The notes below the pieces were generated by a model that saw only the letters and a list, made by a program, of their open reading frames with translations, was not told the origin of the DNA and ran no database searches. The position numbers and the translations under genes are program-made. Shown here in pieces: positions 26,103-38,583 of a DNA stretch of 64,000 nucleotides. Positions within the stretch are counted from its first letter, which is position 1, and each line of letters begins with the position of its first letter. This stretch comes from Squalus acanthias (taxonomy: Eukaryota), in contig CM059433.1 in NCBI GenBank assembly GCA_030390025.1, positions 17,362,001 through 17,426,000 on the forward strand, given 5' to 3'.

Positions 26103-27329
26103 CTATGCAAATCTGGCCAGGATAAGTGCATCCCTTGCATCACGGGCAGTCATGTGCTCGCGTGCTGTCGCTGCTGCTGGTCGATAGACCGGCGCTCGGT
26201 CCTCCTCCTCCTCCTGCTCCTCCTCCTCCTCGACCTCCTCCTCATCCTCATTCTCATCTGAGGAGGCTAGGAACTGAGCCACGATGCTGTGCCACGTTGT
26301 GTAGTGCACAGCAGACCATGACCATTCTGGAGACCCTGTATGGTGTATACTGCAGGGCTCCACCTGATCGGTCAAGGCATCGGAAGCGCATCTTCAACAA
26401 CTCAATGGTTTGCTCGATGATGGACCTGGTCGAAGTGTGGCTGACGTTGTAGCGCTCTTCAGCCTCGTTAGCTGGCCCCCTGATCGGCGTCATTAGCCAC
26501 TTCTTCAGGGGTAGCCTTTGTCAGCAAGGAGCCATCCATTAAGTTGGTTTGGCGGATTGAAAAGCGGAGGAACACTAGAGTTCCGCAGGTTGAAAGAGTC
26601 ATGGCAACTACCACAGAACTTGGCGCAAACATGCAAAAACTCCTTCTTGTGGTTACACACCAGCTGTACATTGAGGGAGTGGAAGCCCTTGCGGTTGACA
26701 AAGATAGCTGGGTTGTGATGGGGTGCCCTAAGGGCCACGTGTGTGCAGTCTATGACGCCCTGCACTATTGACAAGCCTACCATATTTGCAAAGCCAAGCG
26801 AACGCGCTGTGACACTTGCTTGATCCCTTGAGAAGTGGATGTAATTTGTGCCTTTGTGAAAAGGGCATCAGTAACCTGCGTGATGCAACTGTGGGCGGCT
26901 GACTGGGAGATGCCGCTGATGTCTGCTGATGATCCCTGGAAGGAGCCTGAGCCAAAAAAGTTGAGTGCGGTGGTGACTTTGACAGCCACTGGTAAGGGGT
27001 GTCCACCCGTTCCTCTGGGTGCCAGGTCATTCTGCAGCAGTGCGCAGATGTCTCGGACAACCTCTCGTGAAAGTCTCAGCCTCCTTTGGCACTGCTGCTC
27101 ACTCATGTTGAGGTAGTTCATCCTCTGTCTGTAAACCGTGTTGGGGGTATCTCCTGCGGTGAGGTGCCTCGATGCGCTGGCACCTTCTGCCCTGTGCAGC
27201 ATCAGGTGGGTGAGCAGGAGGTTGGGGCTCCTGCTGCTGTTGCTGCTGAGCTGCCTGGTTCTGCTGCTGCCATGGCTGCTCCTCATCCGAATCTGAGCTC
27301 CATGGTGAAAGGAAATGAATGGTTCCCAT
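26103..27329 (-). pseudogene. Harbinger (HARBI1-like, DDE_Tnp_4) transposase, frameshifted
   Basis: HTH region RLRLSREVV...[11 protein letters not shown]...GISQS; catalytic motifs [16 protein letters not shown] and [38 protein letters not shown]. Confidence 0.93.
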
Positions 27330-28755
27330 GCTGCTTGCAGATGCCTCCATTGGGGAAGCGCTCATTCCAAGCGGGGAGAGGGTCTTCCAAGGAGGTCCCA
27401 CAGTTGATAGATAGAAGCTGCAGCACCTTCGACTTCGGTAGGCCTGCTAAAAGTGCTGAAAGACCTTTTAAAGCAAAGTTCTGCCACCTGCAACTAATCC
27501 CTGATGAAAGCTCCGTTTTAATGGTGGAGCTGCAACTGTGAGGAAGCCACCCACTTGTCAACCCGCCAGGTTTAGCGCGGAGGCGGTAATTGACAAAATT
27601 GCGTGGAGGCGGGTTCCGAACCCGCACTCAGTTTTTGCGATTTTCCGCCTTTCCCGCCTTCAAACCCGCCTCCTCGGGGCTGAGAAAATCGCCCCCAAAC
27701 TTTCAAAAGTTCATGATAACATGATTTATTCATGAAACTGTCTTTTGTGTCTTTTAATATCGTCATTAATGTTTTCAATTGAAGGCCTCAGCCTGTCCCA
27801 AAAGCCTAGACTTGGACTTGATGTTTTACCCAGAGTGATCACTCTGTTACCTGTTGGGAAATCCTGAAGTCTGAGCATGTGCAATGCGCAGAGTTTCTTC
27901 GGTTGTATCAGTAGCTTATAGCAAGCCAAATGATACAAAGCTTCTCTTTCACTTTCCAACAAAATCTATTTGTTTTTTTTCAACAATATTGGGAGAAAAG
28001 CCAGGAGACAGTTTTCAAAAACTCTATTCAGGTAAAATTAATCCTTCGTGCGGAGGTTAGCTGTGTGTGTTTGTGAGAGTGAGGGAGAGAGAGACATGAC
28101 CAGCCTGTACTGATTGCAATCATGTTGCAGCTTTTGATGGTCTCTACGTATAAACACTTAAAAAAAAGTTCAGAAAGCCTATTGAGGTGTGTGTGTGACA
28201 GAGGGAATATAACTTCTCATTCTTATTTTTTATTTGATTCCTCTTTAAAAAAAATTAAAATCAATCAGAAAACCTCTAATTAGCAACTGTTTTGTTGATG
28301 ATTATAAAATGTAAACATTTCAAGTAACGACATCTGTGAGAAGCAGAGGGAGGGAGACAGATGGGCAATGTCTTTTCTCATCTTAAATTGATTTTTTTTA
28401 AAAATAAGTAACAAATGAATGAATTTGAAACCAAGCAAAAGCTGTAATTATCGCTTGTGTTTTGTTGATCATAATTAAATGCTTACAATTTCGAGCAGCT
28501 ATGAGATGCGGGAGAGAGTGAGGAAGTGAGAAAGAGATGTTCAGGATCAATCATAAAACATTAAATTTAATGTTTACAGAAGATGCTTACAAAGTTACAA
28601 ACCAGTAGTCCTTGGCCTCACCGTAGTTCTACCAAATTCTAGGACTAACCCCCAGTATTGCACAGCCCAGGAATGCCCCCATTGCTACCAAAGTGCAGGA
28701 CCATCCTCTATTGCAACTAAACCCACTCCCTTTCACTGGTACTGCTAAATATCAG

Positions 28756-29540
28756 GGGCTGGATTTTGTATTGGGGTCGGGTTGGGGTCGTGTCATCCGC
28801 ATTTCGTGTTCCCCCCCCGACTCCAGATTAATGTGGATGAATAATGCCATTTTCACTTAATTGGGCAATTGAATTCCAGCATGTGGGAACCCATGAACCA
28901 TTAGTGGTTTCAGTGTGAAAGTCGCCTCTGATGATGTCATCATTGCTGACTGCCTGGTCTCAGAGACTGTCTGGCTGTTGGTCAGAGAGGACCCTGGCTT
29001 TTGCTGTGAGTGGAGCTGGATGCAAAATGGAGAGACAGAGAGAGAGAGACAGAGAGAGACAGACAGAGACAGACAGAGAGACAGAGAATGAATTTTTTGC
29101 ATCCAAGTCCTCTCACAGCAAAGGCCATGCAGTCTCTGAAGACATTCAATGCAGCAGCATCAGAGGTGACTTTCACACGTAATACTACTACTACCTTCAT
29201 CACATCTCCATTGTAATAGTGGACCTGCAGCTGATAGTCAGCTATCCACTTGTGCTCCCGCCAGGTTTCACTGGAGTGTTTCACATCAGGCATACTTCAC
29301 GTCAGAAAAGGGTTAAACTAGCTAAAACGTTTCAAAATGGCATTACACAGCCAATTTAGGGCTTGTTAAGGGCTTTAATGGCCTCTCCTGCCTCTTGGAG
29401 GCAGGACGGAGTCGGGAACCCCGTGACTGATTTTGTCAAAATTGCGTGGAGGCGGGATGGGGTCGGGACCCCCGACCCCGCAAATTTAACCCCCCACACA
29501 CCTCCAAACCCGACTCCATGGGTCATTCAAAATCCAGCCG
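28756..29540. mobile_element. Harbinger-type MITE with CAG TSD
   Basis: TIRs GGGCTGGATTTTG / CAAAATCCAGCCG; TSD CAG/CAG; internal (GA/GACA)n tract at 29030-29087. Confidence 0.85.
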
Positions 29541-30118
29541 CAGGTATCTACTTCCAGCTGCTACATCTTGCATATACATATTCCATTATATACCAGTAAA
29601 TAAATATATATATCAAATAAAGGTTAATTATTTACGGTTTTCACTGAATAATGAATAGAATCGTGGAATTCAATTCCCAAAATGCTGGTAAAAATCTCTT
29701 TATTGCATTTAATAAAAATAGAACGTGACTTATTCAGTCACTGTAAATCAGTGGCCCTACTGTTATGTGATGTGCTTGGCACAAACACCCCATAAGCTAT
29801 AAAACGCATTGTGATTGACACCTCTGTTACATCCCCTGGCTGCATTTACTGTACACCTGTCATACTTCAGGCATCACACTTCAGAATCTCAAAATTATAA
29901 AAAGGGAAAAAGGACAGTCATTTCATGCTGGTTTCTTCTGACCTGCAGCTGGAAATTTACATGCATTTTCCAATCTGCAAAGGTTGGGCCAATAACAATT
30001 AACCTCTAATTTACTTTAGGATTTACACCGATTAGACTTTGCAGGCCTTAAAGGCACAGGTAAAGTTAAACATCATTCCACATTGGGTAGCAGAATATTC
30101 GATTGTGTGTTTTTCTTT

Positions 30119-30530
30119 TATTCGTTCACGGGAGGTGGGCGTCGCTGGCAAGGCCAGCATTTATTGCCCATCCCTAGTTGCCCTTGAGAAGGTGGCGGTG
30201 AGCCGCCTTCTTGAACCGCTGCAGTCTGTGTGGTGAAGGTACTCCCACAGGGCTGTTAGGGAGGGAGTTCCAGGATTTTGACCCAGCGACGATGAAGGAA
30301 CGGCCGATATATTTCCAAGTCAGGATGGTGTGTGACTTGGAGGGAACTTGGAGGTGGTGGTGTTCCCATGTGCCTGCTGCCCTTGTCCTTCTAGGTGGAA
30401 GAGGTCACGGGTTTGGGAGCTGCTGTCAAAGATGCCTTGGCGAGTTGCTGCAGTGCATCTTGTAGATGGTACACACTGCAGCCACGGTACGCCGGTGGTG
30501 GAGGGAGTGAATGTTTAAGGTGGTGGATGG
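30119..30530 (-). mobile_element. CR1/L2-group LINE 3' fragment
   Basis: Colinear with 6085-6490. Confidence 0.85.
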
Positions 30531-31010
30531 TATAATGCTGCTTGTTACAAAACAACATATTATTTAAGTTACCAACAGCACCACCATGAGAGATCTGCTT
30601 GTACTAATGGAAATATAAAACCCACATCTGCTTGCACTTGTTGTCCCCCAAAAATATAACTTCAGAAATCGCCCAATGTGGGTTAATATAGCTCATGGTT
30701 TGTTATTGATTATTACAGGCCAGAGGGCCCACGTGCTTGTTCCCCGGCCTGCGCTGGGTTACATTAATCTCAGCCAGGGCAGTGATAGGTGCACTGCAGT
30801 TGGGCGTGGGGGCACTGCAATTGGTCTCAGGGCCCAGAGCTCGTGAGTGTAAAAATTAGCTCAGCTTCACACTCCTGATACCGATCTAATGACTACTGTT
30901 GGAAAGTGTGCATGTGTGTGACAGTTAAGAACAGCAGTGAGTTCAGCTTTGCTGCCCCCCCCCCCCCCCCCCCCCCGCCATGTCAGAATAGTCTGCTCAT
31001 ACAGTTTAAT

Positions 31011-31134
31011 GATGCGGAGATGCCGGTGTTGGACTGGGGTGGACAAAAATGAGAAGTCACACAACACCAGGTTATAGTCCAACAGTTTTATTTGAAATCA
31101 CAAGCTTTCGGAGCTTTCGTGGCCACTTCATCAG
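31011..31134 (-). mobile_element. Penelope-like element terminal fragment with TSD
   Basis: Absent from paralogous copy A; flanked by GTTTAAT(G) at 31004-31010 and 31135-31141; hammerhead core followed by AATAAA on the minus strand. Confidence 0.75.
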
Positions 31135-31136
31135 GT
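31098..31136 (-). ncRNA. Minimal hammerhead ribozyme motif (stem I truncated)
   Basis: Minus strand reads AC-CUGAUGA-AGUGGCCACGAAAGCUCC-GAA-AGCU-U-GUGA: CUGAnGA and GAAA boxes with a palindromic stem III. Confidence 0.6.
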
Positions 31137-31317
31137 TTAATGTCACAGAAGAAAATTACCATTTGATGAGATGCCAGAGGATTGCTGATGGCATTTTATC
31201 CATGCCCTAGCAATAGTCAATGTCTTCAATTTTAAAATCATTTGGGGATTTTTTTTTCCCTGTCCAAAGAAACAAGAAAATAACCGTCTTGTAATGATGG
31301 ATAGGGAAAAAAGTAAG

Positions 31318-31320
<3 letters not shown>

Positions 31321-31363
<43 letters not shown>
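31321..31363. repeat. (TA)n microsatellite; shorter paralog at 20173-20199
   Basis: Read directly from the sequence. Confidence 0.95.
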
Positions 31364-31366
<3 letters not shown>

Positions 31367-32353
31367 TTTATCTATATTTATGTTTTATGGTGCTTTCTCA
31401 AACTCTTGATGTGTTACCAAATTGTAACGTACTCTAGACTGTATTATCTTAAATATATTAGTACTGGGATAAATTTATTTCAAGAACCGATTTTGTTTAC
31501 ATTTTGTGCGTACTATGCAACCTGTACTTTGCCTTTGTTCAATGAGCTGATGATATAAGTTACCAGGAAAGATCATTGTAGTAAATAGCATAAATGAGTT
31601 CCAGGGGCTACTGGGCATGTTTCTGGAGAAGGGAGAGGGCATTGGTGAGAAGGTGAGGTTAAGTTCAATCAAAAGAACGCATTGGGTTTGTTGGGTTGAA
31701 TCACCTGTTCTTGTTCATAAAATTTCACAGATCTTTCTGTTCCATCACTCATAAAACACTTTTACCAATTACCACTATTACCATTAGTGCATGTCTGACA
31801 GTCTTTCTACCAATCCTGTTTGATGATTCAGTCCAAGAGTATTTTACTTCTCCATAATTATAGTGCTACATGCGGTTCTAGGGAGGACATAGAAAAATGT
31901 TTAGATATAAATTGTGCACTAGGATTTAGTGATTTATGCACCTGTAAACCCAAATCCCTTTGCTCCTTCACAGTGCCTAGTCTCTCGCCATTAAGGAAAT
32001 ATTCCGATTTGTCATTCATGGATCCAAAGTGAATGACCTCACACTGAACTCCATCTGCCGCAGTTTTGCCCACTCACTTAATCTGTCTATGTCCATTTGT
32101 AACTTCTTGCCCCATCTGATGTGCTGATAGGGTTAGATGAAATAGGGTGGGAGGACGCTTGTGTGGAGCATAAACACCGGCATAGACTAGTTGGGCTAAT
32201 GGCCTGTTTCTGTGCTGTAAATTCCATGTAACAACATTGGCCATCACCAGCTATGGGAATAGTACCTTGTTTTTCCCATTTTCCCCTTTTATCTATAGGT
32301 TCTACCTTAACAAGGCCGCAAGTCTGATGCTTTCCATCATGAACTGGAGCGCA

Positions 32354-33971
32354 GGCCGCGATTTTACGAACCTTGGCCGGTCTGTGGCGGGCGATGTTGG
32401 TGGCGGGTCCCGACTCCGCTGCTGTCTCCATCCCGGCCTCTGAAATTAATTTCCCCTGATTGGGCTTGTTAAGCCCGCCCAGATCGTTTGCCGACCAATT
32501 AGAGGATGTGGGTCTGATGACATCATTTGATGATGCATCATCAGCCAGTTTCCCTAAAGGGACCGTGGCCAAATTTATTTTGACAGTTGTGCTGTCAGTG
32601 TTCTACAGCATTGAGGTGCTGAAAACACTGACAAGCACTGCACAGAGGTGTAGAGCTGCACCCAGGCTCTCCCATGACGTCCTCCATATGCAGTGGCGTA
32701 AACCTTTCAATGATCTCAGTAGATCATGAAACGTTACTGCAAAGCCACACTCAACCTCATCCTGCTGTGCCACTCATCACATCCACATCACTCTGCCTTC
32801 CTTACCCTACTCCTGCACATCCTTACTCACACCAACTTACCTTGCACCTCCACCCATCCCTCTCTATCTACATTATCACATCCCCATCTCACTAGCCACC
32901 CCTCACACTCACCCTCATCCTAGTGCAATCATACCAACTAACAGCACACAAGGGTAGGCACTTGGGTGTTTTATGCAATGTTCATATTAAGTTTCTGTTA
33001 ATGTGCTGTCAAACATTGAAACCTTTATTTTCAACACTTTGCGTTCTTGGACAGATTTGTGTGCACCTTTGGAAGTGGCTTAGTGAGTTGCAGTGAATGG
33101 TGAGACATAACGGTACTCCCCGCAATGGTGATGAGTGTGCAAGGAATGGCTTGGGCATTGTAGGGATGCTTTATGGTGTTGGTGTGGGGTGGTGCCAACC
33201 TGGTGCATCATGTGGCAGCCAGGGTGTACAGCGTCAAGTGAAGTAAATCTGGCCATGGTGACGCCATCCCTGACCTCCTGGGCAGCAATGTGGTCGGGTG
33301 CTGATGCCCTCTGTCCTGCGCAGCATCAGTTGATTGCGGAGAAGGTTGGTGTTGTTGTTGGTGCTGCTGGTGTTGGGGTTGATCGTGGTGGGATTCTGAG
33401 GACCAAGGTGAGAGAGTTTCAAGGGCACCCATGCTGATGGAATAGATGGCAGGTGAAGTAGAGATGACAGAAGCGATCTGTCAATGGTGGGAGAGGTAAT
33501 GAGGTCAGACTGGATGGAGACTTGTGTAAAGACTTGCAGCATTCTGAATCTGTAATGGAAATGCAGTTTAGAGAAGCTAGTGGTTAAGGGAACATTTCTC
33601 AATCAGCTGGGAAATTTGACTTGACATTTGAAGCTGTCAACTCATCAGCTGATTCAATGGCCACTGACCTCCCGCCTCAGCTTCACAGACGAGGTCTCGG
33701 CACAGCGGGAAATCGGTCAGGGGGTGCCTGTCAAATCCAAATAGCTGGGTAAAAAAACATTGATAAGTGGCTGTAAACAAGCCACGAATGATTTTAATTG
33801 CCTCCCCCACCACTGCTTGTCAGGTCTGCTCAGCGTTGACAGACCCGACATTTGGTAAAGGCGCGTGGCGGCGGGTTCACAGCGGGGTTGTGACCCACTG
33901 GGGGAAAACAAGCACTTTCCCACCCGACCCGCCACCGATCGCGCCCGCTGACCCCCCGCAAAATCCAGCCC
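32354..33971 (+). mobile_element. Non-autonomous Harbinger deletion derivative
   Basis: TIRs GGCCGCGATTTT / AAAATCCAGCCC; flanks GCA/ACA (the duplicate at 19470 preserves ACA); Myb/SANT remnant RAAPRLSHDVLHM. Confidence 0.85.
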
Positions 33972-35093
33972 ACAGTCTTTGTTCCAATTTGCAGCCTCTA
34001 TCCCAACACAGTGACCAATTTGTATTTCCATGTTATGAAAAAAAATTGGGTTATAAATATAATCGCATGCATTTAGGGCTGAGAAGATGTCAATGATGTC
34101 TTCAAGCTCTTTGAAATAAAGCCTTAAATATTCTAGTAGAAGTTGAACATACTGAAAGTCTGGGCAGGCGAATCGGAAGGCTACTCTGTTTAGATTAGTC
34201 ACAGCAAATGCTGCTTGTCCCACAATTCAGAAACCTGCCTGCTGTAATTATTGGTGACACAACAACAGCTACTGAAAAAAGCAAATCATGAGTGAAGTCT
34301 TGTTGCTGTTGAAGGCAGACTATTGAAATCTTATGATGGTTAAAGAAACAGAAACATATCCTACCCTGCTAGTTGAGAAGTGTGAAATGTGAAATATCAT
34401 TAATCACCTTGAGAGGTTTAGATTTGTGCATCATAGTTTCTTATGAAGTAAAACTAATTGATATAATTAGTTGTTTGGGAGAAGGTAAAAGATAATATAA
34501 AATGTAAACCGTGACCAGCTAAAACATGACTTCTGAAAACTGATCAAAATGACTGCTCCAGGCATAATTTCAAAAGGCTTACTTTTTGACCTTCTATTTT
34601 GTAAATTCTGATAGAACTGAGCAAAAGACCAGTGCAATGACGGATAACAGGAATTTTTTAATATAATGGCTAACCACCCTCAACCTTCCAGACATTAGAT
34701 ATCGACATGAGCAATATTATCAAGTGCCACTGCAAAAACACTGTATATCAATCTGGAATTTAATATACACCCAGGAATCTGCACTATTTGTGTCTTTGCT
34801 TTGGATAAATACCAACATTTTACTAGTTTAGAAAAATTCTTGAGGCTAATACAATGTGAAATGTCCCAATGGTAGACTTTTGGGCCAGGAAAAACAGCAG
34901 AAAATGCTAAACTAATGGTTCTGATAGATTTGTCGGCACTGTAATGATATTAAGTTATTTTGCTGTGGCAGATTGGAATGAAAATCCACAACCTCTATTT
35001 TGTAGAGTTATGTTTATTTTATCAAGACTATGGATACATTGTAAGACTCTAATTACTGATTTCAACACTCACTAGCAAGCTCTATAACACAAT

Positions 35094-35970
35094 GGGGGAG
35101 AAATTCAGTATCACCCCATTTGGGGTGCAATTATCGGCCGGGCGCAAAGATTAGCGCCTGGCGCTAATTATTGCCTCCGACTGCAAACTTGGCTTTTATC
35201 GCCCCTGGTGGTGATTGAAGCGCTATATCAGGCGCTTCACAACTGTCTTAAGGCGTAAAGGCCGAGGAGCGAGGCGCTACCTCAGAGCGCTGGCGAAGCT
35301 CATGTGATGTCAGTCAGCAATGGAACACAGACACAATGGCGCCGGCCAGTTCTTAAAGGGGAGGGTTGATCTTGCTCTCAATCCGCATCCTGCTCATTGC
35401 AGCCTTGAATCTCGGCCTGGAGAGACCTGTACATCAAATCTGCTGGAAAGAACAATGGAGAGGCCCAGGGAAAGAGCTCAGAGTGCAGCCCCCACAGTAT
35501 CTTCTAAATCGATACAAGGAAGGGCAAATCAAAATGAACCTGCAAAGTGCTGCTCAGTACCCAAAACTCCTTCACACAGCGTTGAATCTCTCCAGAAGTC
35601 TCTCTCTCTCTCAGAATGCGTGGTGCAAAAATGTCACCAACAAAAAAAGTCAGGAACCGGTCGCCTTTAAATAGCGCTCCACCAGTCCCTTCCTGACTGC
35701 AAAACGCTCCCCTCAACCTGTCGTTGCTAGCGGCAGGCGGTAAGGCAGGGGGCGCCACTCAATATCCGGTCCGGGGCGCTACCTGGGCGTTGCGCACTCG
35801 AGTGACGTCATGATCTGCCGGCGCAGGAGATCGTGGCAGTAGTGTTTAGCGCCGCCGCAAAATGTCTAGTTAATTTCGTGAGCGGCGCAAACATCGCCGC
35901 GCACAGGCGCTAGTTGCTTTGCGCCCCATTAGCGCCCTCTTAAGGCGCAAACCAACTGAATTTTCCCCCC
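35094..35970. mobile_element. Harbinger-type MITE with AAT TSD
   Basis: TIRs GGGGGAGAAATTCAGT / ACTGAATTTTCCCCCC; TSD AAT/AAT; CpG-rich arms. Confidence 0.88.
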
Positions 35971-37699
35971 AATATTTTGGGCAGTTTATAGTGGTGTGAC
36001 TGAGACGCTTTACAAGACAATAAAATTGGTCATTTGTGGTGAAAGTATATTGTCTATTATTAGTTCTTGACTGCAATAGTTTCTGCAATGCCTCTGTTTG
36101 AAATAATCAGCGTATTGTCATATTCAGTACTATAAACTTGCCAAATGCATTGAGTAAATGAAAGGATGACATCTAAAGATCTTGTGGTCCTGAGCTGAGT
36201 GTGAGTAATGTGCCATTGAAGGCTCCTACTTCCAGCAATAAAGCTCATCATGAATACATAGAAACTCTTTACTGAGACAATAAACAAGCAGTGTTCAGTG
36301 CCAAAGCAAAGTCTTCCAAAGGCTCAAGGTAGCCAAGGAATGAAGTGTTACCCTGGAATAATGTGAACTATTTTAACTAGTTGAATTATTTCACAACCAA
36401 GTACATGGGCAAGGTATTTTAGCCTATTTTAGAAGCAAATGTAATGTTTTATTTATACCTTTAAATAAGCACTAGTTGTAGTAGCACCAAATCATTAATG
36501 TTAGACTGTCCTGCCTCAGTATTTGGCTTTGAAAGGTCAATAGTTATATATTAGAGCATTGAGCAACAAAGGGCATGGGGATGGAGTTGCCCCCTTTTGC
36601 CAAGACTAAAAACCTGAAGGTAGAAGCGAGTTGTGATTTGCTGTTGATGGTAAACCATTGAAAATCGTAATAACCTTAACTGCTAGTGTCTTCACAGCAT
36701 AAAGCACAAGTGGAAAAAGCATTCTCCATTTTAAAATTAAGATTTTGGTATCTGATTTAACTTTTGGGAAAACTCCAGACGTACCTCGATTATAAGGTTC
36801 AAAATTGGGCAGGCAAAAACCCAACCAGTTCAATGGCAGATTCAGAGTGATAAAATGATAGCATTTTGCATGATTAAATCTGATGGCCAATGTGTTTCCT
36901 GCAGTGTTGGATGATCTGAATTAAAACAAAGGAACTTTACAATTGCAAAGAATATTAAGCCAACAGAAAGTTTCTTGAGCGAGGGGAAAACAAAAGACTA
37001 AAAAATTCGAAGTGAGGAATAATTTGTTTCTTTTGTTAGAATGTAATTTTTGATCTTGGTGTGAAGCCTTCCTCGCATGGGTGAATACTGGGAAACCTTG
37101 CATTGCTTCTGAATTTGAGGCCATGAAGGGAGACCGCTGAGATTTTAAATGTACTTTGTGTGACTGCAGGAAGAATGGAAAGACAAAGGGCTACTGCTGC
37201 TGTGGTAGAGTGCCTTCTCAAAGGGGATTCGAAGAAATTCCAGAAAAAAGTCAATCATCTAAAGGATCCAGAGGCGCAGCTACCCCGCTCATGTTGACCA
37301 GGCTGTTGGTGAAGATGCAATCTGTGATCAGTTGGCAGAATATTGTAAAACTACTTAAGGGTGTTCCAAAGAACAAGTACAAAGAAAATTCATGTGAGTC
37401 CAGCAGTGATTGGTTTTGTGATCTATCTAGCAGCCATGTAACTATGATTGAAACTCATGACTATCTTTCTGTCTTTCAACTGCTAAAGGTCCGGAAGGAA
37501 TGACAAAGTAAACATCTTTATTTTTTAAAATGAGTTGTTTTTTTATGGTCGTCAAGGTGAGGGATGGCGGGTAAACCGGAACACTTTTCTATTTTTGGCA
37601 CCCAGTATCGACATCAAGCAAAGCCGTTAACAGAATAAGACTTCCTTTACTTTGCCCCAATTTCGCATTCAATATCCACCCTCCCCACCCCTGTCCTCA

Positions 37700-38000
37700 G
37701 AAGAACCAGGGGGCACAGATTTAAAGTAATTGGTGGAAGGTTTAGAGGGGATTTGAGGGGAAATTTCTTCACCCAGAGGGTTGTGGGGGTCTGGAACTCA
37801 CTGCCTGAAAGGGTGGTAGAGGCAGGAACCCTAACCACATTTAAAAAGTACTTGGATGTGCACTTGGGATGCTCTAACCTGCAGGGCTACGGACCAAGAG
37901 CTGAGAAGTGGGATTAGGCTGGATAGCTCTTTGTTGGCCGGCGCAGACACGATGGGCCAAAATGGCATCTTTCCGTGCTGTAACTTTCTATGATTCTATA
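37700..38000 (+). mobile_element. CR1 3' fragment
   Basis: RTRGHRFKV...FFTQRVVGVWNSLPE; TTCTATGATTCTAT tail. Confidence 0.88.
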
Positions 38001-38583
38001 AGAACACCTCTACTACAACATTGTGAAGTTTTTCCATTTCCCAAGCCAGCCATCTCTGTGTGTCTCACTGAGTGACAGTAGCAATGTTGTGCCAATTTGT
38101 CCTGTGAGGCTACACCCACTAAGACTTGGGTTGAGACTGCCCGAAACTCACTTAGGATCCTGACAGTCAGCTCTGAGTTGAGACGATCATGCCAGCAGTC
38201 TGGGCTGGATTTTAATTCATGTTCTAGACTGTGCTACCTGACCGCACCACCAAAACCCCTCGGCAAAAAACATATTTTAAGTTTTTAGATGATATGCAAT
38301 GATTTTACTATATGTGTTCATACACTGGGGGTTTTAATTGCATCAGATGTTAAAATCAACCACCTTGTTAAATTTACGGCACTTTGTGCCCGATGGCTGT
38401 TGTAACGCTTGTTTGTAAAAATCCTTGCAGCATTTATTTTATCAAAATAGTTGCTTGGTAATTCAGTGTTTCTGTTCAGTTTTGACAAAGGACTTAGCAC
38501 TCACTGGGATTTTGTGCTATAGGAAAATGCCAGTAAGCCCCCAAGTCACTAAAGCCTATTTACAACCTTCTGCTATTCAAAGG

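Larger units (their letters stand above)
25408..27696. mobile_element. PIF/Harbinger DNA transposon, near-autonomous but inactivated
   Basis: 13-bp perfect TIRs GGGGGCGATTTTC / GAAAATCGCCCCC; 3-bp TSD AAA/AAA; convergent Myb/SANT and DDE transposase genes. Confidence 0.95.
30306..32691 (-). repeat. Inverted segmental duplication, copy B (partner 19132-21077)
   Basis: Matches copy A; carries an extra 31011-31134 insert and ~280 bp (about 32037-32316) missing from A. Confidence 0.95.

Noticed and set aside
26103..27329. Host gene HARBI1
   Set aside because: It has multiple frameshifts and lies inside TIRs with a TSD and a partner Myb/SANT gene, so it is a transposon.
28600..28750. Loose ~25-30-bp periodic motif, considered as a CRISPR-like or minisatellite array
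   Set aside because: Units are too degenerate to define, there is no repeat-spacer regularity, and the DNA is eukaryotic.
33717..34223. 168-aa minus-strand ORF
   Set aside because: It spans a transposon end and flanking DNA, with no recognisable motif.
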